Part shown: positions 30,074 through 40,319 of the stretch, piece by piece | Layout: every line of letters starts with the position of its first letter | How positions within the stretch are numbered: the first letter of the stretch is position 1 | Source: Desulfomonilia bacterium | GTDB lineage: Bacteria; Desulfobacterota; Desulfomonilia; UBA1062 | Direction: 5' to 3' | NCBI GenBank assembly: GCA_963664325.2 | Contig: CAXXDQ010000004.1 | Location: 544,001-608,000 of the forward strand | DNA length: 64,000 bases | Notes under the pieces: generated by a model | Databases searched by the model: none | Told to the model about the DNA's origin: nothing | The model's input: the letters and a program-made list of their open reading frames with translations, nothing else | Program-made: the position numbers and the translations under genes

Positions 30074-31872
30074 ATCAGGAGCCAGCGGCTTTCTGAAAAC
30101 AGCCGCCTTATGGATCGTAATAGTTCTCATAATGGTAATGCTTTATCAGCTGTTTAATCAGACCAAAACAAAGATTACGAAGTACGCCTACAGTGATTTT
30201 ATCCATATCCTGGACAGCGGCAAAGTAAAGGAAGTCAAAATACAGGGACAGAATATTGAAGGGAAACTTACAGATAATGTTTCTTTCGAAACTTTCATAC
30301 CGGACGATCCCAAGCTGGTAGACAGGCTTTTAGCCAAAAATGTAAAGGTTACGGCTGAGAATAAATCCTCGGATCCGTGGTATATGTCCGTCCTTATTTC
30401 CTGGATACCCATGCTTCTTTTGATAGGGGTTTGGATTCTCTTCATGCGCCAGATGCAAACGGGTGGCAACAAGGCAATGAGCTTTGGTAGAAGCAAGGCA
30501 CGGCTCATGACTCAGGATAAAATGAAAGTAACCTTTGCTGATGTCGCAGGTGTTGATGAAGCTAAGGAAGAGCTTAATGAAATAATTGATTTTCTTAAAG
30601 ACCCGAAGCAATTCACGACACTTGGGGGCCGAATTCCCAAGGGGGTATTGCTTCTTGGGCCTCCGGGAACAGGAAAAACCCTTCTTGCAAAGGCAGTTGC
30701 CGGTGAAGCCGGCCGGCCTTTTTTCAGCATGTCAGGATCGGATTTTGTTGAAATGTTCGTAGGTGTCGGCGCCTCACGGGTACGTGACCTTTTTGCCCAG
30801 GGCAAGCAGCATGCACCCTGCATTATATTCATAGATGAAATCGACGCAGTCGGACGGCACAGGGGTGCGGGGCTTGGCGGCGGACACGACGAGAGGGAGC
30901 AGACACTTAACCAGCTTCTTGTTGAAATGGACGGGTTCGAATCGAATGAAGGTGTTATACTCATGGCTGCGACGAACCGGCCTGATGTGCTTGACCCTGC
31001 ATTATTGAGACCAGGGAGATTTGACAGGCAGGTTGTTGTTGCAAGGCCTGATGTTAAAGGGCGCGAAGGAATTCTCCTGGTGCATTCCAAGAAGATACCT
31101 TTGTCTGAAAATGTAGATATAAAGATTCTCGCCAAGTCCACCCCGGGCTTTTCCGGAGCCGACCTTGCCAATCTTGTTAATGAAGCGGCCCTTTTAGCGG
31201 CTAAGCAAAAGAAGACGCAGGTTGAGATGGAGGACCTGGAAAAGGCCAAGGACAAGGTTCTAATGGGTGTTGAAAGAAAGAGCCTTGTAATCTCCTGAAG
31301 AGGAAAAGAGGACCACCGCATATCATGAAGCAGGCCATGCCCTTGTTGCCAGGTCACTTCCGGATGCCGACCCTGTCTACAAGGTAAGTATAATACCGAG
31401 AGGAAGGGCTCTGGGCGTTACACAGCAGCTGCCCATCGATGACAGACATACATATAAGAAAGAATATCTCCATGACACGATTGCGGTACTTATGGGCGGT
31501 CGTGCCGCTGAAGAAATTGCCCTGAACAGCATGACCACAGGTGCTGGCAATGACATTGAGCGTGCAACCGAAATGGCCCGGCATATGGTTACAGAGTGGG
31601 GAATGAGTTCGCTCGGGCCGTTAAGCCTCGGGAATGTCGAGCAGGAAATGTTCCTCGGACGTGAGATTTCCAAGAGGGTTGATTACAGTGAAATGACAGC
31701 CCAGAAGATTGATGCGGAAGTTAAGAACATTGTTATGGAGGGATACAACAGGGCCAGAAATGCTATTGACCAGAACAGGGACAAGCTTGAAAAACTTGCC
31801 CAGAGGCTGCTTGAAAAGGAGGTTGTTGATAGTGTCGAACTCGACAGCATCCTCGGAAAAGAGGCAGCCTAA
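30063..31872 (+). CDS. ftsH: ATP-dependent zinc metalloprotease FtsH (+1 frameshift at ~31295 in this sequence)
   Basis: [16 protein letters not shown] and SRH in frame 1; AYHEAGH and M41 domain continue in the +1 frame from 31297. Confidence 0.93.
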
Positions 31873-33050
31873 AGCAAGGCTGCTTTCTTTTCCTGATCAT
31901 ATAGACCTGATTTCATGTGGAATTGACCCGGGGGCGCTCCCTTATCTTATACCCAAGCTTTACCATAAAGTTATCCTTATTAAGGATGTGAAACTTTTTG
32001 CAGCAAACATAATCAAACAAGCCATGCTTTCCATCGGGGGAGATGTCGCCGTCCACCATTCTGTCATATCAGGGAAGGTAGATTATTCTGATTGCGTTGT
32101 CATGGGTGATCTCAGGCATTATGAAAATCTTGTCGGAAAGCTTGAGAACCAGCCGAATATGACTGAAATAGCAGGCATTATTAAAGAACAGCTGAATATA
32201 AAAAGAACAAATCTAAAACTCAGACTCTGCTCCAGCACTTTAGAATGGGAAAAACGCCCGCTGATAATGGGAATTGTTAATGTAACACCGGATTCTTTCT
32301 CTGACGGAGGCTTATATGCCGAGTCTGAAACGGCCATTGCCCGTGGGCTTGAATTAATCAGCCAGGGAGCGGATATTATCGATATTGGAGGTGAGTCTAC
32401 AAGGCCTGGAGCATCTCCAGTAGATGAAAAATCAGAAATTCAAAGGGTATTGCCTGTTATAAAAGGAATTGTTTCGGGTTCGGATGTGCCGGTGAGCATT
32501 GATACGAGAAATGCTGCCGTTGCCGAGTCTGCAATTGCTTCAGGCGCCTCGATAATCAATGATGTAAGTTCGATGACATATGATAAGAAAATGATTACTG
32601 TTGCAAAAAGAACAGGGGCCGGAATAGTGCTGATGCATATGCGGGGCAATCCTGCGGATATGCAGAATAATACCTGTTACAGAGATGTTGTGGCAGAGAT
32701 ATATGATTACCTCGAAGACAGGGTTAAGGTATGCCTCGAAGCAGGAATAGATCCTTTAGGCATAATCGTTGACCCTGGCATTGGTTTTGGTAAAGACCTT
32801 GAAGGAAACCTAAGCCTGATAAAAACACATTGGGGAGTTTTCATCGCTTGGAATGCCGGTAATGCTTGGACATTCAAGGAAATCATTTATCGGCAAGGTT
32901 CTTGATTCCAATGTTAATGAGCGGGAGGAAGGAACCGACGCGGTGACTTCCTGGGTGGCAGTTCAGGGGGTCGATATTGTACGCGTCCATGATGTTAAAA
33001 GAGCAAAGAAGACAATTGAGATGATCAACTCGATTTTAAAAAGCAGATGA
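31832..33050 (+). CDS. folP: Dihydropteroate synthase with N-terminal extension (+1 frameshift at A-run 32821-32825)
   Basis: [27 protein letters not shown]; SRKSFIG and RVHDV in the shifted frame; GTG 31832 after AAGGAGG. Confidence 0.9.
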
Positions 33051-33418
33051 TAGCAGGCGTAGGTATAGACATAGTTGAGATAGAAAGGATACGGAACCTT
33101 ATCAACAGATATGGGAGCAGGTTTATTGACAGGGTTTTTTCGCCAAGTGAGATATTATATTGCCGTAATAAAAAAGACCCGTCAGGGAGTTTCGGAGCCA
33201 GGTTTGCCGTCAAGGAGGCTTTCGTCAAAGCACTTGGTACCGGTATGATCGAGGGTATGAAATTTAAAGACGTTGCCCTTGAATTCATAGACAGGCCGGA
33301 AATAAAACTCTCAGGTGTTGCTGAAACAATCGCAAAGACAAGAAGAATAGCCGCTATGCATACAAGTATTTCCCATGAAAAAGGGTATGCAATAGCCATA
33401 GTAATCCTGGAGGTGTGA
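33047..33418 (+). CDS. acpS: Holo-ACP synthase
   Basis: GVGIDIVE, RFAVKEAFVKALGTG, SISHE. Confidence 0.94.
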   Translation: MIAGVGIDIVEIERIRNLINRYGSRFIDRVFSPSEILYCRNKKDPSGSFGARFAVKEAFVKALGTGMIEGMKFKDVALEFIDRPEIKLSGVAETIAKTRRIAAMHTSISHEKGYAIAIVILEV

Positions 33419-33419
33419 T

Positions 33420-34952
33420 ATGAAATGTCTCTTTGCATCACAGATGAGAAGCGCGGACCAGGCGGCAATCGAAATGGGAATTCCCGCCATGGTACTTATG
33501 GAAAATGCCGGAAGGTCTGTTTTTGAAGAGGTTGCGAAAAGATGGACGCGCAACGATATTGAAAGGGTAATCATCATTGCGGGCAAGGGCAACAACGGAG
33601 GAGACGGATTCGTAGCGGCCAGGCATCTTTGGAATTCAGGTTATGATGTAAGTGTTTATCTTATAGGCAGGACTTCGGAGGTGAAGGACCATGCGCGGGT
33701 AAACCTCGATATAATAATCGCCATGGGCTTGCCGATAACAGTTGTGCTGGACGATGCTGACCTGGAATTGCTGAGAAGCGAACTGGGCTGCAGGAAGACA
33801 TATCTGTGTATAGATGCAGTTTTCGGTACCGGGCTTTCAAAAGAGGTAAAAGGTATTAACCGCTCTGTCATTGAATGCATCAATGACAGCAGCATGCCGG
33901 TTATTGCCGTGGACATACCGTCCGGCCTGGATGCCGACTCGGGTCTGCCTCTGGGTATTTCAGTCAGGGCTTCATTAACTGTGACATTTGGTTATCCCAA
34001 GGTCGGTCTGGTTTTGTCAAACGGCGTCCCTTATACAGGTGAACTCATCGTAAGCGATATTTCAATTCCCAGGGCTGTTGAAGACAACTCATGGAAAGTA
34101 AGACTGATGAAATCGGATATCCTTGAAAATATACCCATAAGAGGTCCGGAGGCACATAAGGGGGATTTCGGCAGGGTAACGGTCTTTGCAGGATCACCCG
34201 GTTTTACCGGAGCTGCCTGCCTTGCGTGCGAGGCGGCTTTGAGGGCGGGAGCGGGTCTAGTGACGTTATGTGTCCCTGCAGGACTGAATCCTGTTATGGA
34301 AATAAAACTGACAGAGGCAATGACAAGACCTTTTGGCGACCCGGCTGAATTTCATTTTTCACTTTCAATGATCGAAGAGGCCTTTGACATCCTGAAAAAA
34401 TCAGATGCGGTAATCGCCGGTCCGGGCATAGGAACATCGGAGCAGACATTTGAATTTGTTCGTGAGCTTATCGGCAATTGTGATAAACCCATGGTGATTG
34501 ATGCAGACGCACTTTCAATTCTGGCGTCAAAACACATGAAATTGAAAGTCCCTGCCGTGCTCACCCCTCATCCGGGTGAGATGTCCAGGCTTATAGGATG
34601 GGACACCCAATCGATTAACCGTGACAGGATCGGGGCGGCAGAACAATGTGCATCTACATATAACGCTGTTACCGTAATAAAGGGATTCAGGACAGTCATT
34701 GTTTCTCCGGATGGAGATATTGCAATAAACCCCACAGGGTCAAACAATATGGCATCAGGCGGGATGGGAGATGTTCTGTCGGGTATCATCGGCGCTTACC
34801 TTGCCCAGGGGCTTTCGCCGTTTAATGCCGCCTGCCTTGGCGTGTACATTCATGGCCTGGCATCAGACATGGTCTCTGAAACAATGGCCAGAGGACAGAT
34901 TGCATCTGATCTGCTGGTAAAGATTCCCCAAATAGTCAAAATTAGCAGATGA
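33420..34952 (+). CDS. nnr: Bifunctional NAD(P)HX epimerase/dehydratase
   Basis: LMENAG, GKGNNGGDG, DIPSG, HKGDFG, DADAL, TPHPGE, GGMGDVLSG. Confidence 0.93.
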   Translation: MKCLFASQMRSADQAAIEMGIPAMVLMENAGRSVFEEVAKRWTRNDIERVIIIAGKGNNGGDGFVAARHLWNSGYDVSVYLIGRTSEVKDHARVNLDIIIAMGLPITVVLDDADLELLRSELGCRKTYLCIDAVFGTGLSKEVKGINRSVIECINDSSMPVIAVDIPSGLDADSGLPLGISVRASLTVTFGYPKVGLVLSNGVPYTGELIVSDISIPRAVEDNSWKVRLMKSDILENIPIRGPEAHKGDFGRVTVFAGSPGFTGAACLACEAALRAGAGLVTLCVPAGLNPVMEIKLTEAMTRPFGDPAEFHFSLSMIEEAFDILKKSDAVIAGPGIGTSEQTFEFVRELIGNCDKPMVIDADALSILASKHMKLKVPAVLTPHPGEMSRLIGWDTQSINRDRIGAAEQCASTYNAVTVIKGFRTVIVSPDGDIAINPTGSNNMASGGMGDVLSGIIGAYLAQGLSPFNAACLGVYIHGLASDMVSETMARGQIASDLLVKIPQIVKISR

Positions 34953-35395
34953 TTAAGGAAATAATAACCGGGAGTCCCCAGGAAACCTTTAGTGTCGGGG
35001 AAAAGGTCGCTGTATTATTAAAGGGTGGCGAAACGATACTTCTTACAGGCGACCTGGGAGCCGGAAAGACAATGTTTGTTAAAGGAATTGCCAGCGGTCT
35101 CGGAGTGGACCCTTTAACACCCGTGGTCAGTCCGACATTCACGCTGATTAATCTTTATAAGGCCAGGATTGATATCGTACATGCCGATTTATACAGGCTG
35201 GACCCGGAAGGAATTTTCGGACTTGGTATTGAAGAGTACATGGACAATTCTCATATCATCATGGTAGAATGGGCCGATATATCGGAGGGCTACTTCAAAG
35301 GAAACCTTCTCAGGATTAAAATTGAATATTTGGAACAAAACAGAAGGAAGATAATCCTTGGCGGGAATATCATCAGAGAAGAAAACTGGAGGTAG
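34949..35395 (+). CDS. tsaE: t6A biosynthesis ATPase TsaE
   Basis: GDLGAGKT, SPTFTL, HADLYRL, VEW. Confidence 0.94.
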   Translation: MIKEIITGSPQETFSVGEKVAVLLKGGETILLTGDLGAGKTMFVKGIASGLGVDPLTPVVSPTFTLINLYKARIDIVHADLYRLDPEGIFGLGIEEYMDNSHIIMVEWADISEGYFKGNLLRIKIEYLEQNRRKIILGGNIIREENWR

Positions 35396-35402
35396 GATAC
35401 AT

Positions 35403-36638
35403 ATGGCGCTGGTTGTACAAAAGTATGGTGGAACATCGGTAGGAAGCGTTGAAAAAATTAAGAATGTGGCTTCAAAGGTAGCGAAGTATTACCGGGAGGG
35501 CAACAGTGTTGCGGTTGTTGTTTCGGCCATGTCGGGGCAGACTGACAAACTTATTAACCTGGCCAATGAATTATCTCCCAGGCCTGACCCGAGAGAACTT
35601 GACGTTATTGTTTCAACAGGCGAGCAGGTAAGCATTGCTTTGCTTGCCATGGCATTAAAAGACCTCGGTGTGCCTGCACGCTCGGTATTGGGATTTCAGA
35701 TTCCGATCATTACCGACAGGGCCTACACAAAGGCCAGAATTGAATCAATTACCGACGAGCTGCTTAAAAAGGTTTTTTCTGCAGGAGAAGTGGCGGTTGT
35801 AGCCGGATTCCAGGGGATTACAGATGATGGTGATATAACGACACTTGGCCGCGGTGGATCTGATACATCTGCGGTTGCCCTTGCAGCTGCATTAAAGGCC
35901 GATATCTGCGAGATATACACTGATGTTGACGGCGTTTATACAAGCGATCCCAACATATGCAAAAAGGCTAGAAGGCTCGACAGGATATCTTATGAAGAAA
36001 TGCTCGAAATGGCATCTCTCGGGGCAAAGGTCCTGCAGACGAGATCTGTCGAATTCGCTAAAAAATACAACGTACCTGTTATAGTAAAAAGTACCTTCAC
36101 AGACGAGGGTGGCACACTTGTAACCAAGGAGGACAGTGACATGGAAAGGGAACTGGTATCGGGAATAACCTATGACAAGAACGAAGCGAAAATCTCCATG
36201 CTGGCGATTCCGGACAGGCCGGGCGTAGCCGCCGAGATATTTACAGCCCTTGCTGAGAAAAACATCAATGTTGATATGATCATTCAGAACGTATCGGTTG
36301 ACGGCAAGTGCGCCGACCTGAGCTTTACGGTGACCAAAAGCGATTTCCAGACCGCTATGGAAATCGTCAAAAAAGAGGGTGAAAAACTCAAAGCAAAAGA
36401 CATAATAGGAGACACGTCAATTGCCAAAATCTCAATTGTCGGCGTTGGAATGCGGTCACATGCCGGAGTTGCCGCACGCATGTTCAATGCACTTTCAAAA
36501 GTGGGAATAAACATACAGATGATATCCACATCTGAAATTAAGGTGTCGTGTGTTATTGATGAAAAATTTATCGAGCTCGGCGTAAGAGAGCTTCACGAAG
36601 AATTCACACTGGACAGACCGGGGGGAATAGTTGAGTAA
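35403..36638 (+). CDS. lysC: Aspartate kinase
   Basis: VQKYGGTSV, TLGRGGSD, two ACT domains, STSEIK. Confidence 0.95.
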   Translation: MALVVQKYGGTSVGSVEKIKNVASKVAKYYREGNSVAVVVSAMSGQTDKLINLANELSPRPDPRELDVIVSTGEQVSIALLAMALKDLGVPARSVLGFQIPIITDRAYTKARIESITDELLKKVFSAGEVAVVAGFQGITDDGDITTLGRGGSDTSAVALAAALKADICEIYTDVDGVYTSDPNICKKARRLDRISYEEMLEMASLGAKVLQTRSVEFAKKYNVPVIVKSTFTDEGGTLVTKEDSDMERELVSGITYDKNEAKISMLAIPDRPGVAAEIFTALAEKNINVDMIIQNVSVDGKCADLSFTVTKSDFQTAMEIVKKEGEKLKAKDIIGDTSIAKISIVGVGMRSHAGVAARMFNALSKVGINIQMISTSEIKVSCVIDEKFIELGVRELHEEFTLDRPGGIVE

Positions 36639-38202
36639 GATCGAGATATACGATACATCGCTAAGAGACGGAGCCCAGTCAGAAGATATAGCTTTTTCAT
36701 TTGATGATAAGTGCGCCGTTGTTCAGAAACTGGACCAGTTGGGTGTCGATTTTATTGAAGCCGGATGGCCTGGTGCAAATCCAAAAGACGACAGGCTTTT
36801 TAAATCGCTAAGGAAACTTAAAATTAAAAATGCCAAGGTCATGGCCTTTGGAAGCACATGTAAACCAGGCAGTATTGTTGAAAATGATTTGATAATCGAA
36901 GCCCTTGCCGATTCATGCCCGGACGGTATCACCATATTCGGCAAATCATGGGATTTTCATGTAAGGAAAGGTCTCAGATGCTCTTTGAAAGAGAATCTCA
37001 GAATAATCAAGGAAACTTCTCTTTATTTAAAAAACAGATGTCCCCTTTTATTCTTTGATGCCGAGCATTTTTTTGACGGATTCAGGGCAAACAGGGAGTT
37101 TGCCCTGGCTACGCTGAAGGCGGCAGTCGATGGAGGGGCAGACAGGGTTATACTTTGTGATACCAACGGAGGGTCATTACCGGTTTTTATTTCTGAAGTG
37201 GTCCAGGAAGTTAAGAAACATATAACAGCCGGGATTGGAATCCATTGCCACAATGACGGAGACCTTGCAGTAGCCAATTCCATATCAGCGGTAAACGCAG
37301 GGGCTTCACAGGTACATGGCACGATAAACGGCATCGGCGAAAGGTGTGGAAATGCAAACCTGTGCTCGCTTATACCCACTCTCTCGCTGAAAATGGGATA
37401 TGAGACAATCCCCGAAGAAAATCTTGCTCTGGTAACAGACGTGTCACGTTTCATTGAAGAGATCGCCAACCTCTCCCACAACAAACATCAGCCTTATGTA
37501 GGAAAATCGGCATTTGCACATAAAGGCGGTATACATGTGAGTGCAATATTGAATGAACCCGAAAGTTATGAGCATATCGACCCTCTTTTGATAGGAAACC
37601 AGAGAAAAGTTCTTGTTTCAGAGTTATCTGGGAAAAGCAATATCCTTTTCAAGGCCAGGGAATTCAATCTTGATATTTCAAGCGACAGAACAGCAACACA
37701 GGAAATTGTTAAAATCATTAAAGAACTTGAGGATTACGGTTTTCAGTTTGAAGGTGCGGATGCGTCCCTTGAACTGCTGATGAAAAAAGCCATAGGCTTG
37801 CATACACGATATTTCAAACTCAAGGGATTCAGGGTGATTACCGACAAGCGCAGTGAGGGTACGGAGCCTCTTTCTGAAGCGACTATAATGATTGAAGTGG
37901 ATGGCAACATCGAGCACACGGCCGCTTTGGGAAACGGCCCGGTCAACGCCCTGGACAATGCACTCAGGAAGGCGCTCAAGAATTTCTATCCCAGGATTAA
38001 GGAAGTCAAACTTCTTGATTATAAGGTCAGGGTCGTTTCATCAAAGCAGGGTACGGAATCCGTTGTCCGGGTACTGATAGAATCCGGGGATAAAAGCGGC
38101 AGCTGGAATACGGTGGGCGTATCGAGCAACATAATAGAGGCGTCGTGGATGGCCCTGGTGGACAGCATGGATTATAAGCTTTTCAAAGATCTTGAAACCT
38201 GA
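36631..38202 (+). CDS. cimA: Citramalate synthase
   Basis: DTSLRDGAQ, DAEHFFDG, HCHND, AFAHKGGIH, GNGPVNALD. Confidence 0.9.
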   Translation: MSKIEIYDTSLRDGAQSEDIAFSFDDKCAVVQKLDQLGVDFIEAGWPGANPKDDRLFKSLRKLKIKNAKVMAFGSTCKPGSIVENDLIIEALADSCPDGITIFGKSWDFHVRKGLRCSLKENLRIIKETSLYLKNRCPLLFFDAEHFFDGFRANREFALATLKAAVDGGADRVILCDTNGGSLPVFISEVVQEVKKHITAGIGIHCHNDGDLAVANSISAVNAGASQVHGTINGIGERCGNANLCSLIPTLSLKMGYETIPEENLALVTDVSRFIEEIANLSHNKHQPYVGKSAFAHKGGIHVSAILNEPESYEHIDPLLIGNQRKVLVSELSGKSNILFKAREFNLDISSDRTATQEIVKIIKELEDYGFQFEGADASLELLMKKAIGLHTRYFKLKGFRVITDKRSEGTEPLSEATIMIEVDGNIEHTAALGNGPVNALDNALRKALKNFYPRIKEVKLLDYKVRVVSSKQGTESVVRVLIESGDKSGSWNTVGVSSNIIEASWMALVDSMDYKLFKDLET

Positions 38203-38285
38203 ATTTTTCAAAAATAAAGCCTAATCCTTCCCGACTTTCGTCCGATATGTCTATTAACAGGACAGGACAAAGGGGGATATGATAC

Positions 38286-38573
38286 ATGATTCAGACCGAG
38301 AGACCGAAGGTAGAGTTCCAGGGCATGCGCAAATGGCTTAAAAAGGGGGAATATATAATCTCTACAATATCAGAAGACGGAACCATCTGGACATTTACAA
38401 CCGATACCATTCCAATTTTTGATTTCAGGACAACAAAGATATTCCAGGCCCAGGAATCGGGCATGGCTGAAATAAAAGGTGTGGAGCGGGGGGAAGAATT
38501 CTTTTTCTCGATCCAGGGTATAAAGGTTTCAAAAGTTTACGATTTTTACTTTCAGGAAGACAGTCCCGAATAA
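38286..38573 (+). CDS. Hypothetical protein
   Basis: 95-aa ORF with SD AGGGGG. Confidence 0.6.
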   Translation: MIQTERPKVEFQGMRKWLKKGEYIISTISEDGTIWTFTTDTIPIFDFRTTKIFQAQESGMAEIKGVERGEEFFFSIQGIKVSKVYDFYFQEDSPE

Positions 38574-38609
38574 AATAACCTCTGGCTGAAAAATCAATCA
38601 AACATGGAA

Positions 38610-38634
38610 AAGAAGGGGCTTGAAGCCCTTTCTT
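38610..38634. terminator. Hairpin terminator between convergent ORFs
   Basis: AAGAAGGGGCT-tga-AGCCCTTTCTT. Confidence 0.55.
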
Positions 38635-38864
38635 CATTTTATAAGATTAACAAGTATATTTACTAGAACGGTTAAAATCAGTTCAATCATCACAGCAAAG
38701 GGAATACGGGATCTTCCCTTGGATTTCTTAATCATACTGGTTTCATAAATAAAATACCCCAGTAATATGAGCAGGACAAAAACAAGAGAAAGGATATTAA
38801 GATATATCAGGACGCTGTAACTGAACCATACGCAAACCGGTATTAGGATAATTATCCACCACAT
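38634..38864 (-). CDS. Small hydrophobic membrane protein
   Basis: 76-aa ORF with about three hydrophobic segments; weak SD. Confidence 0.4.
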   Translation of the reverse strand: MWWIIILIPVCVWFSYSVLIYLNILSLVFVLLILLGYFIYETSMIKKSKGRSRIPFAVMIELILTVLVNILVNLIK

Positions 38865-38981
38865 GATGCTAAATCAAATAACACATAAAAAGACTATAAG
38901 AAAGTCAGTATTTTACCTCAAAAGCAGAGGGTATTTTGAACTTGAAATTTTATTTTAACCGTGACATAGGGAGTCTTCATC

Positions 38982-39054
38982 GAGCCAGTAGCTCAGTTGG
39001 TAGAGCACCTGACTTTTAATCCGGTGGTCGAGGGTTCGAGTCCCTCCTGGCTCA
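38982..39054 (+). tRNA. tRNA-Lys(TTT)
   Basis: GAGCCAG/CTGGCTC acceptor, CTTTTAA loop, GTTCGAG; CCA not encoded. Confidence 0.92.
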
Positions 39055-39066
39055 CTTGAGCGATGT

Positions 39067-39145
<79 letters not shown>

Positions 39146-39153
39146 GTAATAAC

Positions 39154-39190
39154 AATAGGTTAGACCGTTTGATCTAACCTATTTTCATTT
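39154..39190 (+). terminator. Element-supplied terminator behind tRNA-Glu
   Basis: AATAGGTTAGA...TCTAACCTATT hairpin with T-rich tail. Confidence 0.7.
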
Positions 39191-39489
39191 TAAGGCATGT
39201 TGTCCCCACGCTATTCCCCACAGGCAAACCTAATTTCCCCTTTTTTCTTAAGAAGTATCTCGCCTGAGAATTGAATAACTTTTTAAGTTTCATAATAGGC
39301 AGTTACACAGTTGGCCCATAAATGGAAATGAAGAAAACTCCAAGGGGGATTCACTCTTTAACACATATTTCTATCAGTATATTACGTTTTCCGTACCGCC
39401 CAACTTTCAGGTTGAAATACCTGTAAAACCTCATTAAGATTGATTCTGTAACAGTATGTCACATGGAAATTTATCCTTTTCCAGCGGGA

Positions 39490-39540
39490 CCCCTCGAGGT
39501 ACTGTAAACCGCAAAGCAAAAACCCGCAACAGGACCCGCT
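39490..39540 (-). other. Putative lambda-type cos site (cosQ + cosN-like)
   Basis: Minus strand GGGTCCT...TTGCGG-TTTACAGT-ACCTCG versus lambda GGGTCCT...TTACGG-GGCGGCG-ACCTCG. Confidence 0.5.
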
Positions 39541-39704
39541 CCATAGGCAGGCCCTTGAAGCAGTCTTAAAGGTTTGTAACATCTACCCGGCAAGTTATGC
39601 AGGGGCATCATGGAGCCTTAGACCTATTAATCATTTAACATACTGTTTATATTAAAAGTAATTGAACTATTCAACAACAAGGCATTGTTAACAATGTCAC
39701 ACTC

Positions 39705-39938
39705 TCGGGACTTCGGGACATTGAAAAAGCAAAGTCCCGACCCGTAGGCCCTTTTCTTTGCCGGGCTTATGGAAAATCTCGGGACTTCGGGACATATATA
39801 AAAGATTAATACTCTTTTTTTTATTATATAATGATTTTTAACAGTTTTCTTAAAAACAAAGTCCCGAAGTCCCGAAAACTAGTAATGATGATTGTTTGCA
39901 GGCGGGACATTGAAAAAGCAAAGTCCCGAATGTCCCGA
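39705..39938. repeat. Iteron array, putative replication origin
   Basis: Ten CGGGAC/GTCCCG copies (5 per orientation) around an AT-rich core; 27-bp duplicate at 39714 and 39903. Confidence 0.8.
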
Positions 39939-40047
39939 CCCCTGTGCTGATATCGGATATTGAAGGGCTTGCAGCAGACCATAAGTGTTAACGGTTGCCT
40001 GGTTCATTTTATTAATATCTTAATACTTAAATACCGATAAACCTTTC

Positions 40048-40191
40048 ATGGTTCGCATACCGATTGTATTAACCGCCGATCAATTAGAAATGCTCCGAAA
40101 GATATTTCAAACTGAATCTGTAATTACCGAAGCCTTGGCCGAACAGATAAGAAATATCATTCTTGTTTGGGAAGAGTTAGGAGAGAAATAA
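40048..40191 (+). CDS. Small 47-aa ORF, possible ribbon-helix-helix protein
   Basis: Manually read MVRIPIVLTADQLEMLRKIF...; followed by hairpin CACAGCCGG..CCGGCTGTG; no clear SD. Confidence 0.4.
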   Translation: MVRIPIVLTADQLEMLRKIFQTESVITEALAEQIRNIILVWEELGEK

Positions 40192-40319
40192 AAGGCACAG
40201 CCGGTTATATTTGCCCGGCTGTGTGTGGTTCATCCCTTCTATGGCAGGGCTGTAATCCAGATTAGAAATTCTTTGTTGAGTTAGGGTTTTTTCACCAAAG
40301 CGAGCCTTTTAAAGATTGT

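Noticed and set aside
31709-31831. Long N-terminal extension of the folP ORF
   Set aside because: It overlaps the ftsH 3' end; GTG 31832 with AAGGAGG is the better start.
39382-39582. 66-aa minus-strand ORF
   Set aside because: No SD or recognisable motif; it overlaps the cos-like sequence and is probably spurious.
39705-39938. Repeat cluster as a CRISPR array
   Set aside because: The units are 6-8 bp in both orientations with irregular spacing; there is no repeat-spacer periodicity and no cas genes.
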